NCBI GenBank assembly: GCA_044225365.1
Contig: JBGAIQ010000015.1
Coordinates: 65,449 to 129,448, forward strand
Origin: Planctomycetota bacterium
GTDB taxonomy: Bacteria; Planctomycetota; B15-G4; JADJEK01
Reading direction: 5' to 3'
Length of the DNA stretch: 64,000 nucleotides
Below are positions 30,888 to 40,807 of the stretch, piece by piece. The notes under the pieces are model-generated. The model saw nothing but the letters and a program-made list of their open reading frames with translations, searched no databases and was not told the DNA's origin. The position numbers and the translations under genes are program-made. The stretch's first letter is position 1. The number at the start of each line of letters is the position of its first letter.

Positions 30888-32132
30888 ATGGATCCTGCAG
30901 AGCGCACGGAGTCGAACGGCGTCACGAAGGCGATCGAATCGCGGGCGACGGGTCGTGTCCTGAAAGCGCGCGCGCAGCATCGACTCGCGGCCTCCACGCA
31001 CCCTCACGATGCGCTCGAGGGGCTGCTCGGCACCTTGCGGATCGCTACGGCTCGCGACGCCGTTCGTGCGCTCGGTCTCGATGTGGGCTTTCGACTCGAG
31101 GACGCGGTCGTCGTGCGTGCGGAGATCCCGCGTTCGATCGGAGTCGATTTCGCGCGTCGCTGGCTGCGTCGTCGCATCCCCGCGGCGGCACATCTTGGGA
31201 TCGAAGAGCGTACCGACGCCGATGCCGTGCTGGAGATGGAGATCGCGGAGCGACACGGTTGGTCGCCGCGAGCGACTCGCTACGCGGTGGGGGACGACGG
31301 CCGCGTCGCCGTCGAGGCCTTCGAGCTGCACGTCGTCGAGCACTGCAACCTGCGTTGCGCGCACTGCTGCAACATGTCGCCCTTCCTCGATGCGCACGTC
31401 TTGCCGGTCGAGGAGATCGCGCAGCAATGCCGAACGATGGCGTCCGCGCTCGCGGTGGACGTCTTCAAGATCATGGGCGGTGAGCCGCTCCTGCATCCTC
31501 GCATCGCGGAAGTGATCGTCGCGATCCGTGAGAGTCGGATCAGCGATGTCGTCCGTTTGTTCACCAACGGACTCCTGCTCCATCGCATGAGCGACGAGTT
31601 CTGGTCCGCACTCGATCAAATGACGATCTCCAACTACTCGAGCGCACCGACTCCGCGACGAAACCTCGAACTCGCGCGCGAAAAGGCGAAGAAGCACGAC
31701 TTCGTGCTCAATGTGAAGGACGTCGTCGAATTCAGCGAAGTGCTCTCTCCGAAGCTGCGATCGGATGCGGCCGAGACTCGTCGCACGTTCGAGAACTGCT
31801 GGCTGCGCCATCGGTGCCTCGTGGTCCGCAACGGTGTCTTCTACACCTGCACCCGCGCCGCCTATGCCGGCGAGTTCGTGAAGCGAATTCGTGTCGATGC
31901 GCCGCCGAGCGATTTCTTCGAGCGACTCGAAGGCGACGGCGTATCGCTCGCAGGCCCCGATCTGAAGGGACGAATGCTCGCGTACCTGAACCGCGAGGAG
32001 CCGCTGGAGTCTTGCCGCTATTGCTTCGGCGGCGATGGTCCCATCTCGTCGCACGAGCAACTCGCCGCCGTGGACATTGCGAGCGGACGCACACGAAGTT
32101 CGCGAAGCCGCCATCGAGTCGAGCCGACATGA
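30888..32132 (+). CDS. Radical SAM protein with N-terminal extension and C-terminal Cys-rich (SPASM/twitch-like) region (start uncertain)
   Basis: CNLRCAHC, MGGEPLLHP, FTNG; C-terminal C...C...C...CRYC. Confidence 0.85.
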   Translation: MDPAERTESNGVTKAIESRATGRVLKARAQHRLAASTHPHDALEGLLGTLRIATARDAVRALGLDVGFRLEDAVVVRAEIPRSIGVDFARRWLRRRIPAAAHLGIEERTDADAVLEMEIAERHGWSPRATRYAVGDDGRVAVEAFELHVVEHCNLRCAHCCNMSPFLDAHVLPVEEIAQQCRTMASALAVDVFKIMGGEPLLHPRIAEVIVAIRESRISDVVRLFTNGLLLHRMSDEFWSALDQMTISNYSSAPTPRRNLELAREKAKKHDFVLNVKDVVEFSEVLSPKLRSDAAETRRTFENCWLRHRCLVVRNGVFYTCTRAAYAGEFVKRIRVDAPPSDFFERLEGDGVSLAGPDLKGRMLAYLNREEPLESCRYCFGGDGPISSHEQLAAVDIASGRTRSSRSRHRVEPT

Positions 32133-33208
32133 TGCGCGCCCATCGCTCGCTCGCGAGTCAAGGCCCCGCGCTGCGCGACGAGTTTGGATACCTGCCTCGC
32201 TACGTCCGAACGGCCGATGGAGTGGAGAGCGATTCGATCTTCGCCCTCCTGACCCGCGAGAATGGCGACGAAGGCGACGATGCTCTGGAGTGGGACCGCG
32301 AGGGGACACTCTCGGCGTTGGGCATCGGCCCCTGGAGTCCTCGCACGTGCTTTCTCGGGGTCGCGATCGCCTCTTCGCCCAGAGGTGCCGCATCCGTAGA
32401 GCACGTGCGCACACCGCACGGCGCGGAGACGCGAGCGATCCAGGACGCGCTGCTCCGAGTGGTCGCGCGCGATCCGGACGCGCCGATCGCGATGTCGGGC
32501 GGACTCGACTCCGCACTGCTCCTCGCGGCGGCTCGCGCGTGCGGTGGCCGACCGTCGCTCTTCACGCTGCGCGTCCGATTCCCATCGGTGATTGACGCCT
32601 CGAACTACGATGAGAGCGAGCGAGCAGCGGCCACCGCTGCGGCGCTCGGTTCTCGCGTGACGTTCATCGATGCGAGCGAGGACGACTTCGTCGCAATGCT
32701 CCCGCGCGCGATCGAGCGATTCGAGACGCCCTTGTTCAATCTCCATCCCGTCGGGCGTGTCTTGCTCGCCGACGCGCTGGGCGGCTTGGGTGTCGATCGA
32801 ATCGTCACGGGCGATGGCGCCGATCAGGTCTTCGCGGGGCGATCCGCGCACTTATGGTTCCCGCTCGCGCAATGCGCGTTCGCCGGAGGAGGAGTTCGTC
32901 CGATCGCGCCTTTTCTTCATGCCGACCTCGTCCGTGCGACGAGCCCGTCCGCCATCGATCCGGACAAGAGCGTGCTACGAAGCATCGCGCGAGATCTCGG
33001 CGTACCGGAGTGGGTCGCGGAGGCGAAGAAGGTCGCGCGGTACGCGCCGGCCCTCGATCTCTCCCGCTACGCGAACGAGCGACCAGCGACCGAGTGGGCG
33101 AGTCGCCTCGACGTGGCGTTCGATCGCAACGATCCGCGAGATATTTGCCGCCTGACGACGCTGGCGCTGCTCGAGACGGCGGCTCGTGCTTCGATGGCGA
33201 GGAGTTGA
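32129..33208 (+). CDS. Asparagine synthetase-like ATP pyrophosphatase lacking an intact glutaminase domain
   Basis: MSGGLDS, VTGDGADQVFAG, APFL, DKSVLR; ATGA overlap with the radical SAM gene. Confidence 0.75.
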   Translation: MMRAHRSLASQGPALRDEFGYLPRYVRTADGVESDSIFALLTRENGDEGDDALEWDREGTLSALGIGPWSPRTCFLGVAIASSPRGAASVEHVRTPHGAETRAIQDALLRVVARDPDAPIAMSGGLDSALLLAAARACGGRPSLFTLRVRFPSVIDASNYDESERAAATAAALGSRVTFIDASEDDFVAMLPRAIERFETPLFNLHPVGRVLLADALGGLGVDRIVTGDGADQVFAGRSAHLWFPLAQCAFAGGGVRPIAPFLHADLVRATSPSAIDPDKSVLRSIARDLGVPEWVAEAKKVARYAPALDLSRYANERPATEWASRLDVAFDRNDPRDICRLTTLALLETAARASMARS

Positions 33209-33219
33209 CGCAACTCGTC

Positions 33220-34986
33220 ATGTGCGGCATCGCGGGAGTCGTATCGTTCGTCGCTCCGGGGGAAGTGCTCGCGACCACTGCGCTCCGCATTCGCGATCGA
33301 TTGCGCCACCGCGGTCCCGACGGACAGGGTCTGAAGACGTGCTCTCACGCCGCGCTCGGTCACGTGCGACTCGCTCTGCTCGATGCGGCCGGCGGCGCGC
33401 AGCCGATGACGAGTTTCGACGGACGCTGGACGCTCGTGTTCAACGGGGAGATCCACGACCACCTCTCGCTGCGCGCGCAGCTCGACTACCCGTTCACGAC
33501 GCGCTCCGACACCGAGACCGTTCTCGCCGCGGTCGCGAAGTGGGGCGAGGGCGCAGCGAGTCGCCTGTCCGGGATGTTCGCGTTCTTCGCTTGGGACGAA
33601 GTGGAGCAGCGCGGAATCGCCGCTCGCGATCGGCTTGGGGTGAAGCCGTTGTTCCACGAGCGCCGGGGCGACGAGTTTCGGTTCGCCTCCGAGCCTTCGG
33701 CACTGATCCCTCTCGACGGCGTCCGTGCGAATCGCGATGCGATCCTCGAGGTGCTCACGGCACCGTGCTTCTCCGGCGTCGAGCGATGCGCGTTCGACGG
33801 AATCGACTCGTTGCCGCCGGGGTCGATCCTCGTGATCGATCGGGATGGTGTTCGCGTGCGGCGCTACTTCGAGTGGCCGATGCACTCGCCGCTCGACGGG
33901 GACGATCGATCGCTCGCGCGAGAGCTGCGAGCAAGCTTCGAGTCGGCGGTGGAAGCAACGCTCGAGGCCGACGTCGACGTTGCGGCCATGCTCTCGGGCG
34001 GCCTCGATTCGACGGCGATCTGTTCGCTCGCCGCCCGCAGACGCCGGGCGCGCGGCCGGCGTCTCGAGACGTTCACGATCCGCTACGCGGGTCAAGCGGA
34101 CTTCGAATACGCGCGTTCGCGCATCGTGGTCTCGGACGATCTGCCGTACGCGCGTCTCGCCGCCACCGAACTCGACGTCGATCTCGAAGAAGTGATCGTG
34201 CCGCGAGGAGATCTCGCGGCGGATCTTCGAGCGATCGCTCGCATCGACGCGCAGATCCCGGCGTGGGAGCAGCAACGTTCGCAGCATCACCTGGCGCGCG
34301 CAATCGCGCGATCGCACAAAGCGGTGTTGGTCGGGGACGCCGCCGACGAGACACACTACGGTTATCACTTCCTACTCGATCCAGAAGTCGTCGAAGACCC
34401 TCTCGCGATCGTGCGCCGTTTCGCTCCGATCCCGATCCGCCGCGAGGTCGAGCCGCGACCGGTCGAGCGCTTCGCCTCGCACTATCGCGAACTCGTCGCA
34501 GCAGCGGGCGGCTCGTTCGGCTCCCAGCGCGACGCGCTCGCCGCGACGACGTGGCTCATCGTGAATCGTTGGTTGCCGCGGCTCCTGTGGAACGGAGACG
34601 TCCACACGATGGCGTTCGGCCTCGAAGCGCGAGTCCCCTTCGCCGATTCGCGAGTGCTCGATCTCGCGATGCGGGTTCCGCCGCAGCTCGCCTTCGCGCA
34701 CGGCGTCGAGAAGCAGGTCCTGCGTGCCGCCGTAGCCGATCTCCTCCCGAACGTGATCGCTTCGCGTCGGAAGTCGGCATTGCCGAAGGACCAGGCGAGC
34801 ACGGAAGTCCTGCGTCAGGAGTGGTCTCGCGTGGTCGCGGACCCGCACCCATGCGTCGCGGAGATCGTCGACCTGCCGAGCCTCGGGTCCACTCTTGCGG
34901 CCGTGGAGTGGAGCGAGGATGATCGTTCGCGGGCGTTTCGAGTGATCGCCTTCGACCATTGGGCGAGCGAGTACGACGTGAAGTGA
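33220..34986 (+). CDS. Glutamine-hydrolysing asparagine synthetase-like amidotransferase (AsnB family)
   Basis: MCGIAG, HRGPD, FNGEI, ARDRLGVKPL, SGGLDS and LEARVPF motifs. Confidence 0.88.
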   Translation: MCGIAGVVSFVAPGEVLATTALRIRDRLRHRGPDGQGLKTCSHAALGHVRLALLDAAGGAQPMTSFDGRWTLVFNGEIHDHLSLRAQLDYPFTTRSDTETVLAAVAKWGEGAASRLSGMFAFFAWDEVEQRGIAARDRLGVKPLFHERRGDEFRFASEPSALIPLDGVRANRDAILEVLTAPCFSGVERCAFDGIDSLPPGSILVIDRDGVRVRRYFEWPMHSPLDGDDRSLARELRASFESAVEATLEADVDVAAMLSGGLDSTAICSLAARRRRARGRRLETFTIRYAGQADFEYARSRIVVSDDLPYARLAATELDVDLEEVIVPRGDLAADLRAIARIDAQIPAWEQQRSQHHLARAIARSHKAVLVGDAADETHYGYHFLLDPEVVEDPLAIVRRFAPIPIRREVEPRPVERFASHYRELVAAAGGSFGSQRDALAATTWLIVNRWLPRLLWNGDVHTMAFGLEARVPFADSRVLDLAMRVPPQLAFAHGVEKQVLRAAVADLLPNVIASRRKSALPKDQASTEVLRQEWSRVVADPHPCVAEIVDLPSLGSTLAAVEWSEDDRSRAFRVIAFDHWASEYDVK

Positions 34987-36236
34987 CGATCGCTTCGAGG
35001 CTCCGAGGAGATCCTGCGAACTTGGAACGGATCCGCGTGCTCGTCGCGACTCTCCCGGAGCGTGGACATTTGAATCCGTTCCACGGTCCGGCCGCCGCAC
35101 TTCAGGAACGAGGTGCGGAGGTCGCGTTCTTCGTCGCGAAGGACGTACGCGCGGAACTGTTGGATGCCGGATTCCCGAACGTGTTCGTTCCGAAGGGCGA
35201 AGGACCTCCGTCGACGGAGCATCGCGGCGAGGAGTTCGCGGCGATCCTCCGCGATCGGCCCATGCTCGCCTCTTGGATACGAAAGCTCCTGGCCGACGAT
35301 GTGGAGGCGGTGATCCCGTCCGTCGCCGCCGCGATCGACGAATTCGCCCCGCACGTGGTCGCGCTCGATCCGATGTTCTACGGCGCGGCGATCGCGGCTC
35401 ATCGCGCAGGGATTCCGTGGGTCGGCTGGTCGACGTCGCTCAATCCCGTCGTTCCGACGGCTTGGCGAAGCGATCTCATCGAAACGACGAACGCGCTCCC
35501 GCGCACCGAGCTCTTCGAGCGCCACGGGATGCAGGTGTCGTTTCGCGTGAGCGACGTGCTCTCGCCGTACGGCACCGCGGTGTTCGCGACGGAGGCGCTC
35601 GTAGGACGCGCTCCGCCGGGTGTCTGTCTCGTCGGACCATCGCTGCCCCGCCGACCCCGAACGAAAGGGCCGACCGTGGGGTGGCCCACCGAAGGACGAG
35701 AAGGATCCCTCGGACCCTCCGCCCGGCCGCTCGTCTACGTGTCGTTCGGGAGTCAGGCGTGGCACCAGCCGGCGCGCTACGCGAAGTTGTTCGCCAGCGT
35801 CGAAGCGCTCGATCTCGACCTGTGCGTCGCGGCGGGCGATCTCGCGGCGACGCTCCAACCGCCGCGGGGACTTGGCCGCATCGAGATCGTTCGTTACGCG
35901 GACCAGCTCGCGGTGCTGTCTCGAGCTCGAGCGATCGTCACCCATGGAGGTGCGAACTCCGTGATGGAGTCGCTTTCCCACGGTGTGCCCTTGCTCCTCT
36001 CTCCCCTCTGCAACGATCAGCCGCACAACGCGTGGTTCGTCGAGAAGGCCGGGGCCGGCGTCGCACTCGATCTCGAAACCGCGAGCGTGGATACCGTGCG
36101 AGCCGCGATCTCGCGACTCGTCGGCGAATGCGAGGAGCGGACGTCCGCGCGTGCGATCGCGACGTCGTACGGGAGTCGGGACGGCGCAGGCGGCGCCGCC
36201 GATCTCGCGCTCGCCGCGGCGAGGCGGCCGACTTGA
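34983..36236 (+). CDS. Glycosyltransferase family 1 (UGT/MGT type)
   Basis: GHLNP, LVYVSFGS, THGGANSVMESL and NDQPHNA motifs. Confidence 0.88.
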   Translation: MTIASRLRGDPANLERIRVLVATLPERGHLNPFHGPAAALQERGAEVAFFVAKDVRAELLDAGFPNVFVPKGEGPPSTEHRGEEFAAILRDRPMLASWIRKLLADDVEAVIPSVAAAIDEFAPHVVALDPMFYGAAIAAHRAGIPWVGWSTSLNPVVPTAWRSDLIETTNALPRTELFERHGMQVSFRVSDVLSPYGTAVFATEALVGRAPPGVCLVGPSLPRRPRTKGPTVGWPTEGREGSLGPSARPLVYVSFGSQAWHQPARYAKLFASVEALDLDLCVAAGDLAATLQPPRGLGRIEIVRYADQLAVLSRARAIVTHGGANSVMESLSHGVPLLLSPLCNDQPHNAWFVEKAGAGVALDLETASVDTVRAAISRLVGECEERTSARAIATSYGSRDGAGGAADLALAAARRPT

Positions 36237-37204
36237 CGAAGACGATTCCCGTCACGATCGCAGCGAAGAACGAGGAAGCCGCATTGGCGACTTGTCTTCG
36301 ATCCACCCTCGTTTCCGTGCGCCATGCGGAAGCCCGGCTGCCCTGGAAGTTCGATGTCCTCGTGGTGTGCGACGATTGCACGGACGCGACGATGAGCATC
36401 GCCGGTTCGTTCGCGCACGAAGGTGTCCGGGTCACGGAGTCGACCGGTGGCAAGGTGGAGGCGCAGCGAAAGGGTCTGCGCGAGGGTCCGTTCCAGATCT
36501 TCCACGACGCCGACGTCCTGGTCGCGGAGGACACGTTCCTCGCCGTGACGAAGACGATGCTCGAAGATCCCAGTGTGTATGTCGCCTTCCCGCCGCTCAG
36601 GCCGCTCCCGCCGCGACGACGTACCCTCCTGGCGCGCGCGCTCCACGCCTACAACGCGACTCGAGGCTGGTCGTCGCAGCGGAGCTGGTTCAACGGCCGC
36701 TTCTTCGCGATGAGGGAATGGCGCGCGCCGACGCTCGTCGAGCTCGAGCCGAGTCTTCGCTCGATGCCGGACGACGCATTCCTCGACCTGCATTCCGGTC
36801 TCGTCGCCGACGACGTGTACCTCAGTCGCGATGTCGTGATGCGTTTTGGGGTCGCCGCGCTGCGCGAGACGCCCGTTGGATGCGTGCAGTTTCGCGCGCC
36901 GGAGACGTGGGTCGGAATGTACCGGTACTACCGACGATTGCGCCGCGAGATCGAGCGGATCGACGCGCTGTTCCCGCAGACGCGCGAGGTCCACGCATCC
37001 TTCGGGTCGCGACGGAGCGATCTCCTGGCGACGGCGCCGTGGAAGGATCGAGCATTGCATGCGGTCTTTTCGCTCGCGCTGCTGCCGTGCCGACTCGGCT
37101 ACCGACTCGATCGCGCCTATCATCGACGCTCCTCCGCGAGCAAGGGCCGCGGACGGGGCCAGGGTGACTCATGGAAACCGATCGCCGAATCGAAGCGACT
37201 CTGA
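36233..37204 (+). CDS. Glycosyltransferase family 2 (GT-A)
   Basis: IAAKNEE, VVCDDCTD, GKVEA, HDADV, ADDVYL; TTGA overlap. Confidence 0.78.
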   Translation: MTKTIPVTIAAKNEEAALATCLRSTLVSVRHAEARLPWKFDVLVVCDDCTDATMSIAGSFAHEGVRVTESTGGKVEAQRKGLREGPFQIFHDADVLVAEDTFLAVTKTMLEDPSVYVAFPPLRPLPPRRRTLLARALHAYNATRGWSSQRSWFNGRFFAMREWRAPTLVELEPSLRSMPDDAFLDLHSGLVADDVYLSRDVVMRFGVAALRETPVGCVQFRAPETWVGMYRYYRRLRREIERIDALFPQTREVHASFGSRRSDLLATAPWKDRALHAVFSLALLPCRLGYRLDRAYHRRSSASKGRGRGQGDSWKPIAESKRL

Positions 37205-38013
37205 TTCGCGTGAGATCCGAGCGGGTCGTTCCGCTCGAGATCTGGGATTGGATCTGCGGCGGACGTCGCCTCTTCGAGACGATGGCGGAGCCGGACTTCC
37301 CGTCCGTACTCGCGCGAGCCATCGGGGAGATCCGCGACGGCATCGGTCGATCCTGGCTCGATCGCCCTCTTCCGCATCGAACCTCGGCGGTGAAGTCGGT
37401 CGTGTTCGCGGGCGGGGGAGCGCGGCGGGAGGGGCTCGTCGAAGCGGCGGAGCGTGAGGGCTTCGAAGCGCGGTGCGTGGAGGATCCGGAGTATGCGTTC
37501 GAGGCCGGCGCAGGTTCGCTCCTCGGATCGACCCCGTCCGAAGCTCTCGTCGTCGATGTCGGTCAGACCGCGCTGAAGATCGCCTTCGCAGGGCGACGGA
37601 CTCGCATTCCGCGTGACTTCTCGCGATTGCCGATCCAGCACGAGCTCGCGCCGGATGCGCTCGTCTCGGGTCGTCAGGACTTCATCGGATTCGTGGCGGG
37701 AGCCATTCGCGAGACCCTTCGGAGCACCGCGCCGGTCCTGCCATCGACGTTCGTCCTCGCGCTGCCCGCCGCCATCGACGACGATCACACGGTTCACGGG
37801 TGCACGTATCCGTACGCAGCGCCGGATCTCGAACTCCCTGCGGATCTGCGACGTGCTTCCGGACTCGAGCGCGTGGAGACCCTGCTCCTGAACGACTCCG
37901 AACTCGTAGCGCACGGGGTCGCATCCGATCCCGCGATGCAGCGACGGCATCCCGTCCTCGTCGTCACATTGGGCTTCGGCCCGGGCTCCGCGCTCGTGTT
38001 GCCACGGACATGA
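37171..38013 (+). CDS. ROK/ASKHA-like sugar kinase, apparently circularly permuted
   Basis: VDVGQT, LLND and TLGFGPG at the C-terminus; VVFAGGG and AFEAGA lie N-terminal to them. Confidence 0.62.
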   Translation: METDRRIEATLIRVRSERVVPLEIWDWICGGRRLFETMAEPDFPSVLARAIGEIRDGIGRSWLDRPLPHRTSAVKSVVFAGGGARREGLVEAAEREGFEARCVEDPEYAFEAGAGSLLGSTPSEALVVDVGQTALKIAFAGRRTRIPRDFSRLPIQHELAPDALVSGRQDFIGFVAGAIRETLRSTAPVLPSTFVLALPAAIDDDHTVHGCTYPYAAPDLELPADLRRASGLERVETLLLNDSELVAHGVASDPAMQRRHPVLVVTLGFGPGSALVLPRT

Positions 38014-38885
38014 CGACGCTCTGGATCTCCCCGCACCTCGATGACGCCGTTCTCTCCGGCGCCGCGCGCATCGCGAGGGACGTCGCTCACGGCGAGCGCG
38101 TCGTCGTCGCCACGCTCTTCACGTCCGGCGGCGACGGTCGAGCGATGACAGAGATCTACGAACGTCGGCGATTCGAGGATGCCGCGGCATTGGAGAGCCT
38201 CGGCGCGGAGTGCGTGCATCTGTCCATGCTCGATGCGCCGGCGCGCCGCGGCATCGAACCAAGCTACGAGACCTTGATCTTCGCCGCGACCGATCCACCC
38301 GAAGTGTCGGCGGCTGCGACGGCGATCGAGGCGACGGCGCGAGCCTCGAAGGCGACGAGGATCCTCCTTCCGCTCGGAGTCGGCGGGCACGTCGATCACC
38401 GCACGGCGTACGAGACGGCTTCGCTCTTGCCCTACGAGATCGCGTTCTACGAAGAGCGGCCCTATGCCAAAGCTCCGTTCGCGACGGAACTGCGCCTCGC
38501 GCAGCTCGGTGGGATCGCTTACTCCATGACATCGGCCTTCGCGGGCTTCACGGAATCGAGGATCCACGCGCAGATCGTCGGTGCATTCTCGGAGCTGCCG
38601 CATCTTCGCGCCTACGGACCCGACACCCGCGAGGCCCGCGAACGGGCGGCGAAGCGCCACCTCGAACTCGCGCGAAGTCCCGCCGGAACGGCCAGGTTGG
38701 CGTTGCGGCCGGAGATCCTCGTGGGCACGGTCGATGAGTTGCGTTCCGCGATTCGCGCGATCGAGTGCTACGCGTCGCAGATCACCGATCTGTTCGGATC
38801 GCGCGAAGCGATCGAGCCGTGGCTCACGTCCTTCAGCGAGCGATTCGGAGTGCCCTACGCCGAGCGGATCTTCGTTCGCGACTGA
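38010..38885 (+). CDS. PIG-L/LmbE family N-deacetylase
   Basis: SPHLDDAVLS, RRFED, GGHVDH, YASQI; ATGA overlap. Confidence 0.85.
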   Translation: MTTLWISPHLDDAVLSGAARIARDVAHGERVVVATLFTSGGDGRAMTEIYERRRFEDAAALESLGAECVHLSMLDAPARRGIEPSYETLIFAATDPPEVSAAATAIEATARASKATRILLPLGVGGHVDHRTAYETASLLPYEIAFYEERPYAKAPFATELRLAQLGGIAYSMTSAFAGFTESRIHAQIVGAFSELPHLRAYGPDTREARERAAKRHLELARSPAGTARLALRPEILVGTVDELRSAIRAIECYASQITDLFGSREAIEPWLTSFSERFGVPYAERIFVRD

Positions 38886-38895
38886 GTGCGAGTCC

Positions 38896-40770
38896 TCAAC
38901 TTCGCCAGAGCGGGAGGCGCAGGAATCGCAGGTGGGCGTCGTCCTCGTCGAGCTTGCCCCAGTTGATGTCGAAGAGGAAGTCCCACAACACACCGATGTG
39001 TTTCTTGCCGAGGCGATTGCTGTAGAGCAGCGAATCGAGCGCGAGCCCGTACTGCGAGCGGTAGTCCTCGCCGTCGCCGCGGAAGTGGCCGTTGTGGAGG
39101 AAGGGGATCCGCCAGAACGTCGCGTCGATCGTTCGGTCGTGGTGGTAGCCGACGAGTCCGAGTGCGCACCAGAACATGTTGCGGTCGGGATTGTTCTCCG
39201 ACTCCAGCACGAGTCCTCCTCCGAGGTGCAGGAGATGACCGCCGCTGTGGCTTCGAAGGTGGATCGCGTACCCACCGAGCACGTTCCACTGCCACGAGCG
39301 ATCGAAGACCTGAACTGCGATCGGCCAGCGAAGGACGTCCCAGTACCAGCGATCCGGATTCACATCGCCCGGTTGCGATTCGACCTTGCTGTTCTCGAGG
39401 TAGGACTTCGCAACGGCAGCCGCCTCGCCCGCGGGCAGCGACCAGGCCGACGCGACGACGTTGTCCTTCGTCTCGATCGCCCACGTCCCGGTGTCGCCGA
39501 AGCGCTTGCGCAGCGCTTTGCGCCAGCCCCCTGCGAAGGTCGACGCCTGGCCTTCCTCGTCGAACGCGACGACCCACGCCATCGCATCGCGGTTGCCCTG
39601 GCTGAGCAGGGCGTAGCGATCGCCGTCCCAACCGTCCGCGAACTCGACGCCCGTCGCCTTCGAGTCGAGCAGATCGTCGTCGAGCATGGCGTTCAGCAGG
39701 ATGCGCATGCTGAGGAATCCGAGGGTCTGCTCGTAGTCCTTCTTCCAACCGGCGGGAGCTTCGGCGAGCGTGATCTTCTGCGGGCGATCGCGGCGATCGA
39801 TGTAGCGTTCGGGGTAGAGGATCTGCTCCGTCGATTCCGGCGGATCGGCGTACATCTGGTTCACCGCCTCCCAACCGTACTCGCTGCGGATCGTGTTCAC
39901 GAACCGCCAGCCGGACAGATACGGGAACTGCAATGTCCAGCTCATGATCGGCGGCGCCTTCTTCAGCTTCTCGAGGTTCTCGGCATCGCTTCCCGAGAGC
40001 GAATCCGAGTCCGTACTCGTCGCTGGGTTGCCGGCCCCGGGGCGACCCACGAGGTGGATGACCGTGCGGCCGATCGGTCCGGTCGACGAGATCGGCACGC
40101 CCGCGCGATCGAGGACGTGCTCGATGCCGCCCTCCATCGCACTGCCCTCGACGAGCCCGAGCAATGCGGTCGCGCGATCGTCGTCGCCTGCGGCCGCCTT
40201 CTGCTTCGCCAGCAGGTCGAAGTGCTGATCCTCGAGCGCGTGCGTCAGCTCGTGCGGCATCGTGAGACTCGCGTCGAGGTCGGAGGCGATCTCCGAGAGC
40301 GAGTCGTCGTCCTTCTTCGCGCGCTTCTTCGGCTTTCCTTCCGCCCGTTCCACAGAAGAGCCTGTGGTGTCGCCTTGCGCACTGGACTCCTTCGTCTTCA
40401 CCGTGAAGAACTCTTTCTTCTCCGGGTCATAGTATCCCGCGACCTGATCGCGCATGAGTTCGGCGGTGAACGACTTCAGATCGAAATCGGCGGGCAGGAG
40501 CCCGAAGACCTTGTAGGCGCGCTCTTCGAACTCGCGGTGGTTCTCGTTCCAGTCCTTGTCGACCTCGCCCTTCATGACCTCGAGCAATTGGTCCTTCGAC
40601 TTCTCGCCCGCGGGGACCTTCGCCTTCTGCGGCAGATCGCGGATTCGCGACACCTCACGCTCGACCCGGTCGGCTTTCTGCTGCGTCGTGGCGCTGTCGG
40701 GATCCTTTGCGGCGGGTAGGAGGGAGCAGGCGCCGAGCACGGGGAGACACAGCAGGAGGAGTCGGTTCAT
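38896..40770 (-). CDS. Lipoprotein with zincin-like HExxH domain and aromatic beta-rich C-terminus
   Basis: Lipobox LGAC; GYYDP, HELTHALEDQHFD, LVEGSA, FPY, PPESTEQILYP, GWDGD. Confidence 0.75.
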   Translation of the reverse strand: MNRLLLLCLPVLGACSLLPAAKDPDSATTQQKADRVEREVSRIRDLPQKAKVPAGEKSKDQLLEVMKGEVDKDWNENHREFEERAYKVFGLLPADFDLKSFTAELMRDQVAGYYDPEKKEFFTVKTKESSAQGDTTGSSVERAEGKPKKRAKKDDDSLSEIASDLDASLTMPHELTHALEDQHFDLLAKQKAAAGDDDRATALLGLVEGSAMEGGIEHVLDRAGVPISSTGPIGRTVIHLVGRPGAGNPATSTDSDSLSGSDAENLEKLKKAPPIMSWTLQFPYLSGWRFVNTIRSEYGWEAVNQMYADPPESTEQILYPERYIDRRDRPQKITLAEAPAGWKKDYEQTLGFLSMRILLNAMLDDDLLDSKATGVEFADGWDGDRYALLSQGNRDAMAWVVAFDEEGQASTFAGGWRKALRKRFGDTGTWAIETKDNVVASAWSLPAGEAAAVAKSYLENSKVESQPGDVNPDRWYWDVLRWPIAVQVFDRSWQWNVLGGYAIHLRSHSGGHLLHLGGGLVLESENNPDRNMFWCALGLVGYHHDRTIDATFWRIPFLHNGHFRGDGEDYRSQYGLALDSLLYSNRLGKKHIGVLWDFLFDINWGKLDEDDAHLRFLRLPLWRS

Positions 40771-40807
40771 GGGGATTCCAGGTCGAGAATCGGATTCTTG
40801 GGATCGA

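Noticed and set aside
30888-34986. Lasso peptide or other RiPP cluster
   Set aside because: No transglutaminase-like leader peptidase, RRE/PqqD domain or short precursor ORF was recognised
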